This document shows, piece by piece, positions 61,182-64,000 of a stretch of DNA of 64,000 bases (its first letter is position 1; every line of letters begins with the position of its first letter). The notes beneath the pieces were generated by a model, which saw only the letters and a list, made by a program, of their open reading frames with translations, was not told the DNA's origin and ran no database searches. Origin of the DNA: an uncultured Candidatus Saccharibacteria bacterium. GTDB lineage: Bacteria; Patescibacteriota; Saccharimonadia; Saccharimonadales; AWTP1-31. The stretch covers positions 10,100 through 74,099 of the forward strand of contig CAZVTA010000001.1 of assembly GCA_964629815.1 (NCBI GenBank), written 5' to 3'. Made by a program: the position numbers and the translations under genes.

Positions 61182-61870
61182 AGCAGATAGTTACCCCAGC
61201 AATCGTGCTGTCACGCATGAATTATGGTGAAGCAGATCGTATTCTGCATGTTATTACCCCAAAACAGGGAAAGATCTCGATTTTAGCCAAAGGTGTACGC
61301 AGAGTTAAGAGCAAGTTGGCAGGGGGCATTGAATTGTTCAGTGTTAATACTATTACGTATATCGATGGACGGAGCGAGCTAAAAACCCTTACGTCATCGC
61401 GCGTAGAGCAGCATTTTGGCAACATTGTTCACGATATAACACGAACGATGTTTGCGTATGATGCACTAAAACTTATACATAAAGTTACCGAAGATGCGGC
61501 AGAAGGCGAGTATTTTGATATGCTAAGCAGTTTGCTGGTTGCGCTGAACGACCCTCAGAGTATAGTCGATGCACTGCGTGTGTGGCTGTATATACAGCTA
61601 CTCGCAACCGAGGGGCATGTACCAAACTTGCGTTCAGATAGTGCTGGTAAAAAACTTCAAGAACAAACAAACTATGTTTTTAGTTTTGAAGACATGGCGT
61701 TTACTGCAAATAGTACGGGTAATTTTACCGATAAGCACATAAAGCTACTCCGACTTATGCTTGCTATTAAAGAGCCCCAAAAGCTGGCGCAGGTGCAAGA
61801 TTTGGCCGTATACGTGCAAGCACTGTTACCGCTTACAAAGACTATGGCACAAACGCATATACGGCTTTGA
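61178..61870 (+). CDS. recO: DNA repair protein RecO
   Basis: N-terminal OB fold pattern AIVLSRMNYGEADRILHVITPKQGKISILAKGVRR. 4-nt overlap (ATGA) with the upstream gene. Confidence 0.88.
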   Translation: MKQIVTPAIVLSRMNYGEADRILHVITPKQGKISILAKGVRRVKSKLAGGIELFSVNTITYIDGRSELKTLTSSRVEQHFGNIVHDITRTMFAYDALKLIHKVTEDAAEGEYFDMLSSLLVALNDPQSIVDALRVWLYIQLLATEGHVPNLRSDSAGKKLQEQTNYVFSFEDMAFTANSTGNFTDKHIKLLRLMLAIKEPQKLAQVQDLAVYVQALLPLTKTMAQTHIRL

Positions 61871-61895
61871 TTTACATCTGTTATAATGTGCCCAT

Positions 61896-63557
61896 ATGAG
61901 TGAAGTAAAAATGGACGATATTGTTAGTTTGTGCAAGCGCCGCGGATTTATTTATCAAGGATCTGAAGTCTACGGCGGCTTAGCAGGGACATGGGATTAT
62001 GGCCCCTTAGGTGTGGCGCTTAAGCGAAATATTATGAACTTGTGGTGGAAGACATTTGTCGAAGATCGTGATGATATGTACGGTGTCGATGCGGCAATTT
62101 TGATGAACCAGAAGGTTTGGCAAGCGAGTGGCCATGCAACTGGGTTTAATGATCCTTTGGTTGAATGTGGAACAGGAAACTGCAATATGCGCTATCGCGC
62201 CGATCATATGCTTGATGATTACACGGGCAATGAAAAGATAGAGACATATCTTAGTCTAGTAAAGAAGATTAGAGACGACTTCTTAAAGTCCAAGAGTGGC
62301 GAAAAAAAACCTTCCCATACAATAAAAAGACTAATTACAGAGTACCTTTATGATGACCCAGAACGCTATGGGCTTAGAGAGTTTGTCAATGCCTATCAAG
62401 ATTTGTCATTTGAAAGAGGCGCATCTTCGGTTGAGCTGTACCTACAGGACTTGTTAGAGAGAGTAAACAGTAGTAGCCTGAACGGCGAAAGACAATTTAA
62501 TGATGATGTATTGGAACAGTGGTATAACCGCTATTCATCAAATGATTGGGGCGAGTTAGCACTTCAACTGTTTTTGAATAAGAACATATCTTGCAAGAAA
62601 TGTGGTGCGAAATATTGGGCTCTACCTCGTCCGTTTAACATGATGTTCAAGACGCATATAGGTCCGGTTGAAGACGACACTTCTGTGAGCTACTTACGGC
62701 CAGAAACTGCACAGGGTATTTTTACTAATTTTAAAAATGTAGTAGATAGTTTATATCCAGACATGCCCTTCGGAATAGCCCAGCAGGGTAAGGCTTTTCG
62801 CAACGAAATTAGTCCAAGAGATTTTGTATTTCGTTCACGGGAGTTTGAGCAAATGGAGATTGAATACTTTGTTGACCCTGACGAATGGGAGAAGTCATTT
62901 GAGCAGTGGCGAACAGATATCATTAGCTTTCTTAAGGAGTTGGGCTTAGCCAATGCTAACATTCATGAACTCGAGGTTCCAGAAGAAGATAGGGCGCATT
63001 ATAGCAAGAGGACTATAGACTTTGAATTCGATTATCCTATTGGTCGAAAAGAATTACTTGGCCTTGCGTACAGAACAGACTTTGACTTAACAAATATTCA
63101 GCGCGACAGCGGCAAGAATATGGAGTATCGAACAAAAGACGGCAACAAGACATTCGTACCACATGTTATAGAGCCGAGTTTTGGTGTTGAGCGGCTACTG
63201 ATGGCAGTTCTTGTTAGTGCGTACGCCGAAGAAGAGATAAATGGTGAAACTCGGGTTGTGCTAAAACTTAAACCAGAACTTGCGCCGTATCGATTTGCGG
63301 TTTCGCCACTCTTAAAAAACAAGCCAGAGTTGGTTGAAAAAGCTCGAGAAGTATACGCAACACTTAAAAAAAAATACGGTAACGTTATCTGGGACGACAA
63401 CGGTAACATCGGTAAGCGCTATCGTCGGCAAGACGAGATTGGCACACCAGAATGTATAGTTATCGACTTCCAGACACTCGAAGACGAAACGGTAACTGTA
63501 CGTGACCGTGATACAACCGAACAAAAACGCGTTGCCATTGCTAGCATTGTCTCTTAG
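61896..63557 (+). CDS. glyQS: Glycyl-tRNA synthetase (alpha2 GlyQS type) with an enlarged insertion
   Basis: LCKRRGFIYQGSEVYGGLAGTWDYGPLG N-terminus, class II motifs (FRNEISPR, FEQMEIEYF), and a C-terminal anticodon-binding domain. 553 aa. Confidence 0.94.
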   Translation: MSEVKMDDIVSLCKRRGFIYQGSEVYGGLAGTWDYGPLGVALKRNIMNLWWKTFVEDRDDMYGVDAAILMNQKVWQASGHATGFNDPLVECGTGNCNMRYRADHMLDDYTGNEKIETYLSLVKKIRDDFLKSKSGEKKPSHTIKRLITEYLYDDPERYGLREFVNAYQDLSFERGASSVELYLQDLLERVNSSSLNGERQFNDDVLEQWYNRYSSNDWGELALQLFLNKNISCKKCGAKYWALPRPFNMMFKTHIGPVEDDTSVSYLRPETAQGIFTNFKNVVDSLYPDMPFGIAQQGKAFRNEISPRDFVFRSREFEQMEIEYFVDPDEWEKSFEQWRTDIISFLKELGLANANIHELEVPEEDRAHYSKRTIDFEFDYPIGRKELLGLAYRTDFDLTNIQRDSGKNMEYRTKDGNKTFVPHVIEPSFGVERLLMAVLVSAYAEEEINGETRVVLKLKPELAPYRFAVSPLLKNKPELVEKAREVYATLKKKYGNVIWDDNGNIGKRYRRQDEIGTPECIVIDFQTLEDETVTVRDRDTTEQKRVAIASIVS

Positions 63558-63602
63558 ATTTGTATTGCCAATAACACAGGTATTTGGTAATAATTGCAGC
63601 AG

Positions 63603-64000
63603 ATGCAATGGGATTATAGGGAAGTAGATATAGTTCAGCTCGAACAAATGGGCGAAGTTTTATCTGCGGTATTGCACAATTCTCCCGAGATGTTCTTCTT
63701 AGGACCAGAAGTATATGATGGTCTTATTGAGCCCATTGAGACACTTGCCCAAAATTTGTTTGGGTCATGGGCATGCCGGGTGTGTACTAGTATGTGTCTG
63801 GGCATTTCTTTTGATGGTGCAAAGGAAACGATAACTGATGCAAACTCAACAGAATTTATAGGTAGATTTACACAAGTAGACTTAATGTTTGAGCAGGATG
63901 CAGACTCCGGACTATTATTGCCGAGTTTAGTGTTTGATACGCTTGATGATCCACAATACGACAGGGCGCTCGCCCAGACATATCCGTTTGTTGGCCTGCC
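63603..64000 (+). CDS. Hypothetical protein, 5' partial view (ORF runs off the window end)
   Basis: Open frame from ATG 63603 to the window edge (MQWDYREVDIVQLEQMGEVLSAVLHN...). No motif recognised. Confidence 0.4.
   Translation, partial: MQWDYREVDIVQLEQMGEVLSAVLHNSPEMFFLGPEVYDGLIEPIETLAQNLFGSWACRVCTSMCLGISFDGAKETITDANSTEFIGRFTQVDLMFEQDADSGLLLPSLVFDTLDDPQYDRALAQTYPFVGL

Noticed and set aside
1-64000. Looked for rRNA, tRNA, CRISPR repeats, transposase/integrase/recombinase genes, prophage genes and toxin-antitoxin pairs
   Set aside because: No intergenic gap is long enough or has cloverleaf-like content for a tRNA; the largest gap, 11058-11301, is explained by a T-box leader. I saw no regularly spaced direct repeats and no ORF with DDE, tyrosine-recombinase or serine-recombinase motifs. 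This was eye inspection only, so short degenerate elements could be missed.

Overview
This 64-kb chromosomal window is gene-dense: about 62 protein-coding genes, more than 90% coding, and many start/stop overlaps. Nearly all genes are core housekeeping. They cover replication restart (priA), division (ftsA-ftsZ, ftsE-ftsX), dNTP supply (nrdR-nrdJ) and translation (rpsU, rplU, rpmE, rpsB-tsf-frr, rpmA, prfA-prmC, prfB, hpf, ileS, proS, serS, glyQS). They also cover secretion and envelope functions (secA, lepB, htrA, rseP, CPBP protease, sortase, S41 Ctp, uppS), segregation (parA-parB), repair (xseA-xseB, recO) and pyrG. I recognised no rRNA, tRNA, CRISPR array, transposase, integrase or phage gene. 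The genetic code looks standard, because TGA is used as a stop and RF2 is present. Several features suggest a small-genome monoderm-type bacterium, plausibly a Patescibacteria/CPR (Saccharibacteria-like) lineage, but this is inference only. These features are the Firmicutes/Actinobacteria-like hpf-secA-prfB-ftsEX synteny, a sortase, a class II RNR, the absence of pyrH/cdsA/dxr from their usual conserved loci, and a giant surface protein. The items most worth a second look are: (1) a heliorhodopsin gene at 37668-38474 with the retinal Lys and Glu counterion; (2) a 1621-aa N-terminally anchored surface protein (seven FG-GAP/VCBS repeats plus about 9 beta-sandwich domains) coupled to a MacB/FtsX-type ABC pair, one of three such ABC modules that each sit beside an extracytoplasmic effector gene; (3) a degenerate histidine-kinase-like / Asp-to-Glu receiver pair translationally coupled to recO; (4) a T-box leader upstream of ileS with a textbook 7-nt UGGUACC antiterminator bulge; (5) an NrdR box upstream of nrdR-nrdJ; and (6) a recurrent promoter geometry implying many leaderless mRNAs.
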